From: Callorhinchus milii
Taxonomy: Eukaryota
Reading direction: 5' to 3'
Assembly (NCBI RefSeq): GCF_018977255.1
Contig: NW_024704746.1
Location: forward strand, 32,860,001 to 32,924,000
Length of the DNA stretch: 64,000 nt
The translations under genes were made by a program, and so were the position numbers. The notes below the pieces were generated by a model. The model was not told where the DNA came from. It saw only the letters and a list, made by a program, of their open reading frames with translations, and searched no databases. Of the stretch, positions 37,295 through 49,629 are shown in pieces (position 1 is the stretch's first letter; each line of letters begins with the position of its first letter).

Positions 37295-40127
37295 AGAGTG
37301 AATGGTATCTGCAGCGCAATTAAATTGTAACCCATTTCACACAATAAAGAAGTGGTTATATGGTGCTGTACTATATTTTCTGCAATCTGCACTTGCCAAA
37401 TAATGCTACTGGCAATGCAAAACAAGTTGGAATTAAAGTTACCTGAGGTAGCTGAGGCAACATTTTGTCACAGTCAGCCCCCTCTTTTACATAACCTGTT
37501 TGTCTTCAATATTATTTATCAGAAAATTATATTTTCTGTTGTTCATTGTATGCATTGGAAACATTAACCAATTGAAAGTGTTTAATGTTTCTATTATGTA
37601 GTTTAAAGCATTGATTGCTTAAATGGGGTTATTACCTGACCTGAATTCGCTCGGGTAAACCCGTACAAATGGCGAAAGTTCGGAAAAGAAATAACACATG
37701 GGCATATCGGTTTTCAGTGTAATATTTCTTTAAATATACTTTTAATGTATTTAAATAAGATTGTGACCCAGATGGTGCCATCAAGTCTCCAAAGGCATCG
37801 GTTGCAACAGTTTGGTGGGGTAACTTACCATTCTAATATACAAATGAAGGATTGGAAAGCGTACTTGTACTTGTACCCTATTTGGCAACTGAGGGGAGAA
37901 CCCTCTAAGTTAAGAACTGGTTCAGTGCACATAGGTTTACCCACAAAGTTCTCTGGTAAGGCCTGTTTTTCATCATTAGCCTGAGGGATTTTTTAAGCCT
38001 TAAATCATGTAGCTAGTAAGCAGAGTTCTAGCGCCTGCAGCACTTTCATGTCTTGTGCCCCAAGATTCCCCTGCAAACTATTTGGTTTGTATAATAATAA
38101 TAGTCCTTGCGTTTGATGTAGTGCTTTTCACGTCTTCTAGACGTCTCAAAGTGCTTTGAGAATATACTGTAAAGTGAATTAACTGCATTTTTGTGGGGGA
38201 AATGCAGCAGCCAATTTCGCACAGCAATGTCCCACAAACAGTCGTGGATTGAAGTGACCAAATTATTATCGTTTTTTTCTTTTTTTAATGAAAGAATCTA
38301 AAATATATATGTTTATCCAACATTGGCCTTGTAACTGTGGCATTAACATTAACTAACTGTTTCAGTAATGTCTATCAGTCTAAGTCACTAATAATGTATT
38401 CATTATTGTAAGCTGATGGCAGAGTTGTTTACATACGACCCCATTATAATGCACTTCGGTATATCAGAGATCCATGCACTGTGAATGCCCAGCACATTGG
38501 AAGTGTGGTACACACTGGGTTCGTAGTACAGAGGCACTGAGGTGCTCAGTGCAGTCAACAGCAATAGCGTTGATGACCTGCCCACCTGGAAGTGCTGAAT
38601 GTCAACCAACACAACAAATACTTGTGCTTATATGGCGCCCTCCACTCAGAGCAGTGTCTCAGAGCACTTGAATACAATCACGCTGCATTGTGATCTGTTT
38701 TAACACGGGGTCCAATTTCATGGACCAGACCACTGTGTTATAACAAGATATGATTCATTTAACGCTCTGTTTACAATGTTCTGTCAGTGATTTTTGCTTT
38801 CAGGTTCCTGAAGTCTACTCCCATCTTTGAACATCTTTCTTTCTCAGTCTTTAGCAGTTATGTGTAAATATGCTTTTGCCTTTTTTGTGGTATATTTGTA
38901 GACTAATGGAATCGTAGAAATTTACAGCGTAGGAGGCATCTGGCGCATTGAGTCTGCACCAGCTCTCAGAGCCAGCTACACTTTCAATCCCAATGCCCTG
39001 CCCTCTCCCCATACCCCTTCAAGCTTCTTTCATATATGTCTCCTTCCCACTTGAAACCCACAGTGTAATCTGTCTCTACCACTTAACTTAGCAGGGCTAT
39101 CCACATCCCAACAACTTTCTATTTGATGAGAAGACTCTTAGCTATAGTTATTTTAGTTACTCGCTATTGACTAAATAGAATTATATGCTCAGAAATGAGC
39201 CTTTCTTCCCCATGTTGGCTGTTTTTGTTTTTTCACTATATTTGGAAAATAAAAAAGCAGTTAAAAAGTACTGTATCAAAGCTGAAATAGGCTGACTAAA
39301 ATTAATAGCATTTTAATAATAAGAATTTGGGAAGATGTGGCATAAAAAGTTTTTTTTGACCCATCAAGCCAGTTCCTTGCCATAGACAGTAGACAATCAT
39401 AGAGTCACCTGTTATAGACTCCTTCATTTTAATCTCCTGCAGAAGGAAAACTCAGAAATGTAGCTCCCGTAAATTAACCCAGTTGAGGTTTTAGGTCATT
39501 TAGTCTTGTGTTGCAGGTCATCAGTAACACTAAAATCCACATTACTGAGCCCTGCCTCAACGCATTCCACAGATAACATTCCCATGGTCCCAATTTGATT
39601 GGATCACTGTGTTCCAGAGAGTATTTGTTGGTCTATGTCAGTACTTGCCCCTCCAGCCTTTTGTCAATTTCTTAGCCAGATGCTTAATGGACTACAATAT
39701 TCCTGTAATTACATTACCGATAACATTGTGGGAATAGTGAATGGATGAGAACGCTTGTAACGCCCATGGTATACCAAAAGTGTTGAGACATCTGCAATGT
39801 AATCTGTGTTGACTGTATTTTATAAGAAAACACGGCAGTCAATTTGTGCAATGCAGTATCCCGTAAAAAGCCATGAAGTGAATAATTAATTTCACCGGGG
39901 GAATTGTTGGGCAGGACACTTTTGTATTAGTGCCATAGGATATTGGGAGCATAGCAGATTACAATCCAAGAATATTAGAAAACAGAATTAGGGAATGTCT
40001 TTTTCACTTCTGATATATTTTGAATTCAGAATTTATAATAACCTCTGTATTTTGATGTTGCATCTTATGGGGGAAATAATATATTTTTGAAATAATGCCC
40101 AAACTCTGGATAATAAAAAAGTTGTAC

Positions 40128-40174
40128 CTTCTTTCCTCTGGTTGGCTTTGATTCTCTCTGTTTCTTCTCCTTTG
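40128..40174 (-). CDS. KITLG: KITLG juxtamembrane cytoplasmic exon (approx. exon 8), 47 nt
   Basis: tctttccatag| ... AG|gtacaa (phase 0 to 2); encodes QRRRNRENQSQPEER(R), a basic stop-transfer segment after a 95-nt intron. Confidence 0.75.
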
Positions 40175-40269
40175 CTATGGAAAGACATTTGTACAGATTT
40201 AAAAAACTGACTAAACTGTATTCTTTCTAATTGAGAGACATCTATTATCAATTTAGAGAGCAACCATAC

Positions 40270-40427
40270 CTTCAGTCTAACTGCCAGACATGTTAGAGGC
40301 ACAGAGAGACTCACAGTGGAAAGAATGGTGACTATAACCACGATAAGGTATTTCACTGATGTACGACATCCAGGATCTTCAATTCTGCTCTCTGAATCAA
40401 TTGAAAAAGGGATTTCTGTTGTTGGGT
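40270..40427 (-). CDS. KITLG: KITLG transmembrane exon (approx. exon 7), 158 nt
   Basis: ttttgtcaacag| ... AAG|gtatgg (phase 1 to 0, as in mammals); encodes PTTEIPFSIDSESRIEDPGCRTSVK, hydrophobic YLIVVIVTILSTVSLSVPLTCLAV, then RLK. Confidence 0.85.
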
Positions 40428-41688
40428 CTGTTGACAAAATAATAATAGTTTTGCGTCAATGTGGCATCAAACAGGATAACTTTTCGTGCAGTTTCGGCAC
40501 AAAGTTAAACTGAGATTTCAGTAGTAGTAAACGATTTACTGTTCAGTTTACAAACATCAGCTATTCCCTTGGACCACACCTTTCCCAGTTCTTAAGGGAT
40601 ATGGGTCGACCAGTGGGAACAGAACCACTTTGCTGGCCTTTATGGACCAGTGATTCAGTTATTAAGTTAAGCAGAGTTCAAAAAATAAGCACTCGCTACA
40701 GATTGGAAATACAGAAAGCAATTGACTGCTTTGTAGGCTGGTGAGAAAAGGTGATCCAGGGGTAATCACACTCATCACAGCTGCAATCATAAAGCTGCAA
40801 AAGATAAAATCAAGTAAGAAAAGGGTTGGGACACAGCAATAAAAGTTAATAAAGGGAATTTATTAATTGTAATATTTTATAAAGTTGTGTTACAGTATTT
40901 GCAGAAAGTTACTGGAAGTCCAAGCTCAAGTGAAAAGAGAATAGTGCGAGAAAGAAGATATCACGGGGGGTGGGGGGGGGTTTCTGCTCCATTTATTTCA
41001 TGAAGCAAATTCATTGGCAATGGCTAAGCAACACCAACAAACAAACAACAAATTACATTTGTATACCGCCTTTCACGTCAGGAGGATGTCCCAAGGCGCT
41101 GGCATTCCATTTGGTAAGCTTCCCTAACTTATATTTGTGTACTTGTAAATAACTGCAATGCAACTTTGTATGCATAATGTTATGCTCCATTTATAATACG
41201 ATATTCAAATTGCATTGCAGTTATCTGTAGGTGAATTGATCAAGAGCCAATAGTGATCTGAGCCTGGGGTTGCAGTACAGCTCTGTTAAAACGCACCTCT
41301 TTAGAACTTCAGATATAACACGGTTGTACTGTGGACCCCATTCACTGTGAGTACGTACAACCAGCCCAATTGTTTCCTGTGTGATCTGGGCGACTTTCAT
41401 GCTAAGATTGCTGATATCTGGATCATGAGGTCAGTGCCGAACTGATGATGGCAGCGACAAGATGACCTGGAAGTTGGCCATTTTACTTTTAGCACAGCTG
41501 TGTGTTTGTGAGGTCCATCCAGCTCTTTTGCCTCGCTACAGATTGGAATTTTATGAATTTTCCAAACATTGCATTACAACAAGGCTCCACAGCTGTTTCA
41601 GACAGTTCGCCAAAGTGGTTCATCAAAACACTAGAAAAAAAACAATTTTTTCCTGCTTCACACATTACAGCAAATGTAAATAGGGATT

Positions 41689-42013
41689 AATAATAATAAT
41701 AATCCTTGCATTTGGTATAGTGCTTTTAACATCTTCTAGTTGTCTCAAAACGCCTCAAGAGTATACTGTAAAGTGAATTGACAGCAGTGTCCCAAAGTTA
41801 AGTGAATTGACGGCAGCATAGCAGTGTCCCACAAACAGTCGTGGATTGAAGTGACCAATTTCTTATCGTTTTTTTTCTTGAGGGATTATTTTTTTCTTGA
41901 GGGGGAGTGGAGTAAGGAAACTTGCCCAAGGAATCGAACCTGGGTCTTGTTGGGTGTAGTGTAATAGTCGCTCACTGCGAGGCGAGTGCTCTAATCATTG
42001 AGCTACAGGACTC
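41689..42013 (-). mobile_element. Rearranged tRNA-derived SINE
   Basis: Tail, core and head all present, with an internal duplication (aagtgaattgac...cagtgtccc twice). Confidence 0.85.
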
Positions 42014-43669
42014 TGATTCAACTTCAATGGTACATAAGGGCAAATTTCTGCATGCAGGGGTCTAATTATATCAAGTAATTTATGTGGTACAAATAAACTT
42101 GAAACTACAATAAGAAACTATCAGGAGTTCCCAAAGCCTTTGTGAGAAAATATAAACATTTTAAAATTTCTGTAAGCATGACGTCAACTGATTTGGTGTC
42201 TGCAGTCATAGCAACAATGAGTCATGCAACATAGGAAATACAAACATAAAATAACATTTTGAAAAAAAAATTTACATGAATGGATTGTCTTTAGGAATAC
42301 CACACCTATGACCCCAATTTTATTTGATCTCTCAAGGAAGTTAATCAAGGGAAATAAGACGCTCTCTTATTTCGGTAATATTTTATCAATATCAAGTTCT
42401 CCCTGATCAATTGTTCTAGAACAATTAGATGAAAAGCAAAGTTCCCTGTTCTCAACAGTGCCTTGTTCACAACCTCAGAAATATTCTTCCTGTCCTAGTT
42501 TTACATGTTTCAAATTCCTTGGAATTTAGGGCTTAAGGGCAGAATTACAGGTAGTTTTGTGAACTCACAAGTGACTAGAACTGGGCTGAGACACCCAAAT
42601 GTATTTCATATAGGACCCTACAGTTAACAGCTACAATACACTTTACACTTATATTACACCTTTCACATTGGGAGGGAGCAAGTCAGGCATCTGGGAATAT
42701 AGCTCCAGAGAGTGGGTGCCAACTGGCTAAATGCACGCCCACCAATGGTGGGGCAGATAGAGCAATAAGGTGAAGTAAGCCAGTGTCAGGTGAGCAAAGG
42801 GAACCGCTGGGTTGGTATGGATGATGGAGGTTGCAGAGGTAGGTTGGGGCAAGACCAAATTTAAATGAGGATTTTGAACTCGAATTTGCTGGGGAATGGA
42901 AAGCCAGTGGAGCCAAGCAAGGATGGGCTGATGGGATTGTGGAGGCCAATACGGAGAGGACACAGCCTGCAGACTTCTGGATAGTCTGCAGTCTGTGCAG
43001 GGAAGATTGCACTCGATTTGAATCCAGGAACCCCAATTTTGACTCAGTCTCACCATAGGATCTTTTTTGACTAACATTTAAATTAATGCAGAACTGCGAA
43101 AAGTTCCTCAATTTAATCTTAATTTGCAGGCTATTTTCTACAGTCCTTAATAAGAACTGGCCGCCAAATTAAGACTGAGTGAAACAGAGATGAAGACTTG
43201 GTAACTTCCATTTTGTATCTTGCCTGCATAAAGAAGAAAATACAAAGTATGGTCAGCACTTGACGTCACTTGAAATTTTGTATTAAAAAGCTGAATATTA
43301 CAGATCACTCTGTACTGTGTTAATCCTTGATAATTTAAACAATTGTGTTGCAAAAAGTGCAGGTCAGAAGCTTGAAACATATCATTGCCATCTGGTTTTA
43401 ATAATAATCCTTGCATTTGATATAGAGCCTTATCACATCTTCTAGATATCCCAAAGCGCTTCACAGAATATAGGGTAAAGTGAATTGACTGTATGTTTTG
43501 TGGCAGCCAATTGTGCACGACAGCATCCCACAAACAGTCCGTGGCTTGAGTTATTATTATTATTGAGTGAAAAAATAATTATTATTACTTATTTTTGGAG
43601 AGTTAGAGTCCTACTTAACCAACTTCTTCTCAGCAAATGGATTCTCCTCCTGCCCCCACCCGGTCACCT

Positions 43670-44705
43670 GCGGATTACCCCAGAACTCCATCCTTGGCCC
43701 TCTTCTTTTCCTTATCTATATGCTACCTCTGGGTGATGTCATCCGCAGACACAGCGTAAACTTCCACTTGTATGTGGATGATACACAAATCTACTTGGCC
43801 TCCTCCAGTACCAACTCCAGGTCCGCCAATGTTCTATCAGCTTGTCTGGCAGACATCAAAGCCTGGATAAGTGTAAACTTCCTGCAGCTGAATATAGACA
43901 AGACGGAAGCCATACTCCTTGGCTCCCGTCAAAGTCTTCACTCCTGCAGATCTAAACTCCTCAACCTCCCTGGGCTCACCCTCAGACTCACCGAACCAGT
44001 GCACAATCTAGGCATCCGGTTCAACTCCCAGCTGAATCCCCCACATATGGTCCCTGACCAAGACCGCCTTCTTCCACCTCCACCACATTGCTTGCCTCCG
44101 ACTGTACCTTAACCCAAATGCAGCCGAAACCCTCGTGCATGCATTTTGTCACCTCCCACTTGGATTAGTCCAACACACTCCTCGCTAGTCTCCCCAGCTC
44201 CACCATTCACAAGACCCAGCTCATTCAAAACTCTGCTGCCCGTATACTGACCTGGACCAAACTCCGTGTCCACATCTCACCAGTTCTGGCCCAGTCTCCA
44301 CTGGCTACCCATCACCATATGTGATGGGTAGCCAGTGGAGACTGGGCCAGAACTGGTGTTTGAACTCGTGTTCAAATCCATTCACTCCCTGGCACCTCCC
44401 TACCTCTCCGACCTCCTCACTCCCCAATCCACCAACCGGAGCCTCTGCCCGACTGGCACCGGCCTCCACTGGAGGTCGTGTTTTCAGCCACTATGCCCCA
44501 AAACTCTGGAACACTCTCCTACAATCCTCCCGCCTTGCACCCTCTCTCCCCACTTTCAAGTCCCGCCTGAAAACTTTCCTCTTCAACCATGCTTATGCTC
44601 ACCTCCTCACTCCCCCCGGCTTGGAGTCAGGCTCCGCCACTGTTAAGCGCTCTGAGACGCTACCCTGTGTGGAGGGCGTTATATGAGTGAAAGTTGTGGT
44701 TGATG
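43670..44705 (+). mobile_element. Degenerate L2 LINE (RT domain end to 3' tail)
   Basis: PLGDVIRRHSVNFHLYVDDTQIY (YADD-like), FLQLNIDKTE, FSHYAPKLWNTL and FKSRLKTFLF, with frameshifts. Confidence 0.93.
44278..44358. repeat. Perfect 38-bp hairpin with 5-nt loop
   Basis: caccagttctggcccagtctccactggctacccatcac-catat-gtgatgggtagccagtggagactgggccagaactggtg. Confidence 0.97.
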
Positions 44706-45529
44706 TTGAATGACTAACAACCGGGTTCCTACTTACTGCTCGGTAAACAGAGGCGTGTGGAATAAGGAAACATGCCCAACATTTTGCCCTGCCCGGGAAT
44801 CAAACCCAGGTCCTCTTGCTTGCAAGGCAAGTGGTCTAACCACTACACTACAAGGTTTTGCGAGTTAATGTTTTAGGAATGTCTATAATCCATGTCCATG
44901 AGTCAAAATACAATGGTGAATTAATACAAGCTTTCTGAAGCTGAATGATTCAAGAAAGAAGGGGTGCATTTTCAACGGGAGTAATCAACAGTATCTGATT
45001 TCCTTTCTCCACCACCACCAACTTCTCCACCACCAGAAGTTGACGGTACACCTTTGTGGCTGGTGCATGTTCAATGCAAGAACAGTCACCGAAAGAAAAA
45101 ATATTGTGTAAAATAAAAAGTAACATCGTGAAAACTACCTTCAGAAACATTCTCAAGATAACAAATCGAGATAAAAGGATCATGGAAATTTCATGTTTGA
45201 ATTGGTTTCAGTTCAGCCTAAAAAAAAACGTTATCAGTCATCTCATCTTTCAGATTATTATCTGTTCCTCAAATGTAGCAGGTCCTGACAAGTATGAACG
45301 AGACAAACAAGACTCAGCACACAGTGAGTTCCTGCTGTTGGTGAACCAGTTAGGAAAAGGATACCACATGGAGTTGAGGCAACAACAACCCTTCATGCAG
45401 GGTAGTGTCCCAGAGCACTGCTCCATCTATTACTGAGCAATGTCAGCTAACTCCAGGGATAAGTCTGCTTGTCCTCTAGGCATGTGATTGGAATGCAGTA
45501 AAATAAACTCAACAACCAAAACAATCTTT

Positions 45530-46145
45530 GAACAACAACATCAAAATGACATTTGTATAGCGCCTTTCATGTCGGGAGGACGTCCCAAGGCGCTGGACAG
45601 TCAGTGTTTTGGACCCGAGCTGGGGGTCGGGATCGGGGAGGGTGGAGGACAGTGGGGCAAGGAGGATGATCGAAGACACTGTCAAAGAGGAGGGTCTTGA
45701 GATGGGACGTAAGGATGCAAGTGAGGAGGTGAGGCAGAGGGACTGCGGGGTGGAGTTTCAGAGGGTGGGGGCAAAGTGGCTAAAGGCCTGCCAGGCCGTG
45801 GTGGGGCGGGCGAGGCAGGGGACGTGAAACAGGCCAGAGACCGCTGAGTGGAGGGTGCGGACAGGTTGGTAGGGAGTTAAAAGGTCGAAGAGGTAGGGCG
45901 GAAGCGAGGTCATGGAGGGCTCAGGATGTTGAATGTATCCTCTGTGTGATGGGAAGCCAGTAGAGTCGGGCGAGGATGGGGGTGATAGGATCACGGAGCC
46001 TGATGCGGGAGAGGACACGGGCTGCAGAGTTCTGGATGATCCACAGCCTATGAAGGGAGGAGGTGGAGAGGCCAACAAGCAAGGAGTTTGCATAGTCAAG
46101 CTGGATGTCATAAATGCATGTATGAGGGTTGTGGTGATCTGCGGT
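45530..46145 (-). mobile_element. Degenerate L2 LINE 3' fragment. Older L2 remnants also at about 6510-7020, 18235-18660 and 42655-43020
   Basis: TTLIHAFMTSSL, PPYLFDLLTPYQPVRTL and AFSHFAPTL motifs, plus the L2 tail gcgccttgggacgtcctcccgac. Confidence 0.88.
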
Positions 46146-48443
46146 GAAGGCCGCCGAAAGATTAGCTCTAATTTTATTTCGGTTATTTCACACCTGACTG
46201 CCTTAATTAGATCTCCATGTGGTTCGGCTTTGGGTTTTGTTACAGCTACATTTTCTTCACATCTTTCTCTGCCTCGTTCCCTAAAGTTCCTCATTTCCTC
46301 CTCCAATAGGGCTGGTTGGCCTGGTTGCTGGACTTCTCTACAGACAACGTTATTACTTTACTTTGAGGTGAAACTTTCTACTGCCAAACAGAATTCCACC
46401 TCAAAGTGCACAATCTGCTCACCTTCTTTACGCTGAAAAGAACCAACTGAGGACTGTTCAGCTGATGTGCTGTGTGCAAGTTGGCCGCCATGTTCACCTA
46501 CAAAAATACAGAATTACTACACTTTTTACACTAAATCCCGCGAAACCTTTTGAGACGTCCTCCCAATGTGAAAGGTACTATAAATACAAGGATAATTACT
46601 ATTAACATAATTATGTTAGCATGTGCTATCTGAAAAGGAAGACCATTTGGAGAGACATCTAACTGGGTTAACAGACAGTAGATTGTATTATTTTTCAAAA
46701 AAAATCAGATTAATACTGTAATACAGTAATGATATGATTTGAATCAGGAAGTTATGGCTGTGGGGTTGAAAGTCACAACATTGACTTAGATGTATCCATA
46801 GAACCATGAAACCATGACTAATTCTCAATTAGCCCTCTATTGCACTGATTCAACTACAAATACAGACACTTACACTTTTTACAGTAAAATCCTGTGAAGC
46901 ACTTTGAGACATTTTGATGACATGGTATATCAAGTGCAGGAATCATTATAACATGACCATGTCATTATGGCAAAGAGGCAACACCCCCATTTAACTAGAC
47001 CTCTGATCTCACCAGTGACTGCTGGAAATTACTGGAGTCATTGAATGACACCTCAGCGACAGATTGAGTGAATGTATATCTACTGCTTAAATAATGCACA
47101 TGTATTGATTAAATTAGGCCTTTCTCACTCTTCTTTTGACATAGAAACTGCAATTGGGCTAAACTCTTAGTACCATCTGAATTAATTGTCTTGAGGCTGA
47201 CAGAATAATAATAATACTTGCATTTGATATAGCGCCTTATCACATCTTTGACATCTTAAAGCGCTTCACAGAATATACTGTAAAGTGGATTGACTATATT
47301 TTTGTAGGCAAAACACAGCAGCCAATTGCACACAACACCAATGTCCCACAAACTGTCGTGGATTGCATGACCATACTATTATTTTTTTATATAAATGTTG
47401 AAGGGATTATTACCCCCTTCAACTGGAAACTGGAGTGCAGGACTTCACACCGTGCTTCTGGACACGCAATAGATTGGAACTGAAATGAAACCTCACTAAA
47501 CCTTTTCAATGGAAGCTTCTTCTAGCAAGAAGTCTTGCATGCTACTACCTGATGTATTGCTCATAGTACACAGGAAATATGAGACAGAGATTCTAAGAAA
47601 AAGTGCAAAGGAATGGACGTGAAGTACCACCTAGTCATAGTCGGTAAGGCTGTTTAGTCTTAAAATCTAAGATCTTGTAAAATTGTGGAAACATTCTTAA
47701 ATTCAATTCTAATCTGGAAAATAGTTATTTTTCAACAACTGTGAAAAACAATTTTCCTCAATTCTAGACCATCTAAAATTTCAGAATCTTACAAGCTAAA
47801 TTTGGGATCCACCACATAAATTCGTAAAATGAGCCACACGTTGGCTCAGCTGGTAAAACTATGAACTGGTGTTAAACTAAACCATCACCTCCTAGCCAGT
47901 CCTATGTTCAATGTCTAGCCTCTGATGGAACTATCTGATTGCAGTGAGGGGAAGTACAGTAATAAAATTGAACCCAAGCTAAGGAGGAGAACAATCATCA
48001 GATTTCCTACTTCAAACAGTAACCCAATAACCTCTGCTGTAAAACAGGCTTGCGTGGATGTCAGGTGAAGACAGGGCCAGCCTCAGCTGCAATGCGTCCC
48101 ATGGCTGAATTTGTAAGATAACATTCAACGTCTTGACTCGTGCAAAGAAAGAACAACCGGACAAGGTTTTGGAGGGTTCCAGGAGGTCCGAGAACTGTAC
48201 ATCAGAAAGTGTTGGCAGCTTCGGGACAGAACGGGAGCAAATTGACAAGGGAATAATCACAGAAGGAGCTGAGGTTATAAAAGTGACCCTGTCCTTGTAT
48301 TTATGAATGCAAACTTGAATGAAACATCGGTAGGAATGTGCCTCTACAACTTTCACACTGAGATGTTACTAAGTTTTAGTATAGGGAAAAAGGTGGAAAA
48401 TAAGATATTATAGTAATTTAGTTTAATTTTAGGTTTTCTTTAG

Positions 48444-48712
48444 TAATAATAATCCTTGCATTTGATATTGCGCCTTATCACATCTTTGAGACATCTCAAA
48501 GCGCTTCACAGGATATACTGTAAAGTGAATTGATTATATTTTGTGGGCGAAATGTGCAGCCAATTGCGCACAGCAGTGTCCCACAAAGAGTCATGGATCG
48601 AGTGATCAAATTTTTATTATTTTTATTTTACTTGAAGAGATTATGACCCCCAGTAATGCGATCTGCCAATCGACTAACAACCGGGTTCCTACTTATTGCT
48701 AGGTAAACAGAA
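48444..48712 (-). mobile_element. SINE body, variant with internal segment. Further partial family copies at about 3-166, 445-565, 2104-2195, 17600-17700, 21143-21480, 25018-25180, 33390-33611, 38092-38270, 43399-43545, 44710-44852, 47205-47370 and 57879-57980
   Basis: Recurring aataatccttgcatttgatatagcg...cttcacagaatatactgtaaagtgaattgac...gtcccacaaacagtcgtggatt. Confidence 0.85.
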
Positions 48713-49503
48713 GCAAGACTATGATACTATTCAGAGTCTGAAGAGTTACTGATTGGCAGTCAACATGAGGTTATGTAAGAGCAACTATTGAAGCACTACA
48801 TCGTTGCTATCTCACTATTCAACATCCACAATTCTAGTAATACAGAGCTCAGCATATCAAAACTTCCCAGCTATGTCTCAGATACATTACTTACCAAAGA
48901 GTAATTACCAACTGACAATTTATAACTGAGGAAATAATTAACTAAGTAAAAGATAGCTGGACAGCTACTTGGCCCTTATTTTCTAAAAAGGGGAGATTCT
49001 TCATGCGTTTGTGTAGTGTCCTTGATGATGTGCATTGACAAGGGTTGAATGCCCTGTTAACACAAATTGACAATGTTACTTAATGGCACAAGGAATTTCT
49101 CACTTGAGGTTTATATTGGTAGTCAGGCTCTAATAAACTGAAATCATTCTATAAATGTCAAGTGACATTTAAAGGTCACAACACTTCTGAATTGTTCACC
49201 AACCTTTGGCGCTTTCTGAACAGTTCAACTCAATTTGTTTGATTTTCACTTGAGCAATAAAATGTTAACAAAACAAGAACTGCCATTACAACACACCGAT
49301 TTACCCTTTCCCAGTCACTACAGGATGCTGTTACGACCCATCTCCAAAGCATGTGTACTGCACGAAGCTATCCTCTAGATTCCGAAGTTAAAGAGCTAGA
49401 GATCAGGAATTTCACAGGAAAGATTTAACACACTGGCCTTGGGTCATAATAACATGCCACTTTTACAGCTTTCTTGTCCAGCTATTAGTGTGTAGATACT
49501 TAC

Positions 49504-49629
49504 TGGCTGTGAGAATGTGTCTTTTTGCACGGCCCGGCCTAGCCAGCTCCGGATGTATGCGTTCACACTTGGACGCACGGGTTTTATTACTCTGCTCCAG
49601 TACATGTGCAGTGGAGTTTGAGCCACGCC
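49504..49629 (-). CDS. KITLG: KITLG stalk exon (positional equivalent of the alternatively spliced cleavage exon 6), 126 nt
   Basis: ccttttctacctag| acceptor and A|gtaagt donor; phase 1/1 and open in the required frame: GRGSNSTAHVLEQSNKTRASKCERIHPELARPGRAKRHILTA. Called from splice signals, phase and position, not from sequence similarity. Confidence 0.75.

Noticed and set aside
37829-37888. 60-nt minus-strand segment with good acceptor and donor (LPNRVQVQVRF... in phase 0)
   Set aside because: It lies in a phase-2 intron and shows no KITLG similarity; the surroundings look repeat-derived. Treated as a pseudo-exon unless RNA-seq shows otherwise.
38437-38594. Phase 0-to-2 minus-strand ORF HFQVGRSSTLLLL...IIMGS as a candidate KITLG exon 8
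   Set aside because: The 40128-40174 exon gives a basic juxtamembrane peptide with better splice sites; this one has a weak acceptor and no resemblance.
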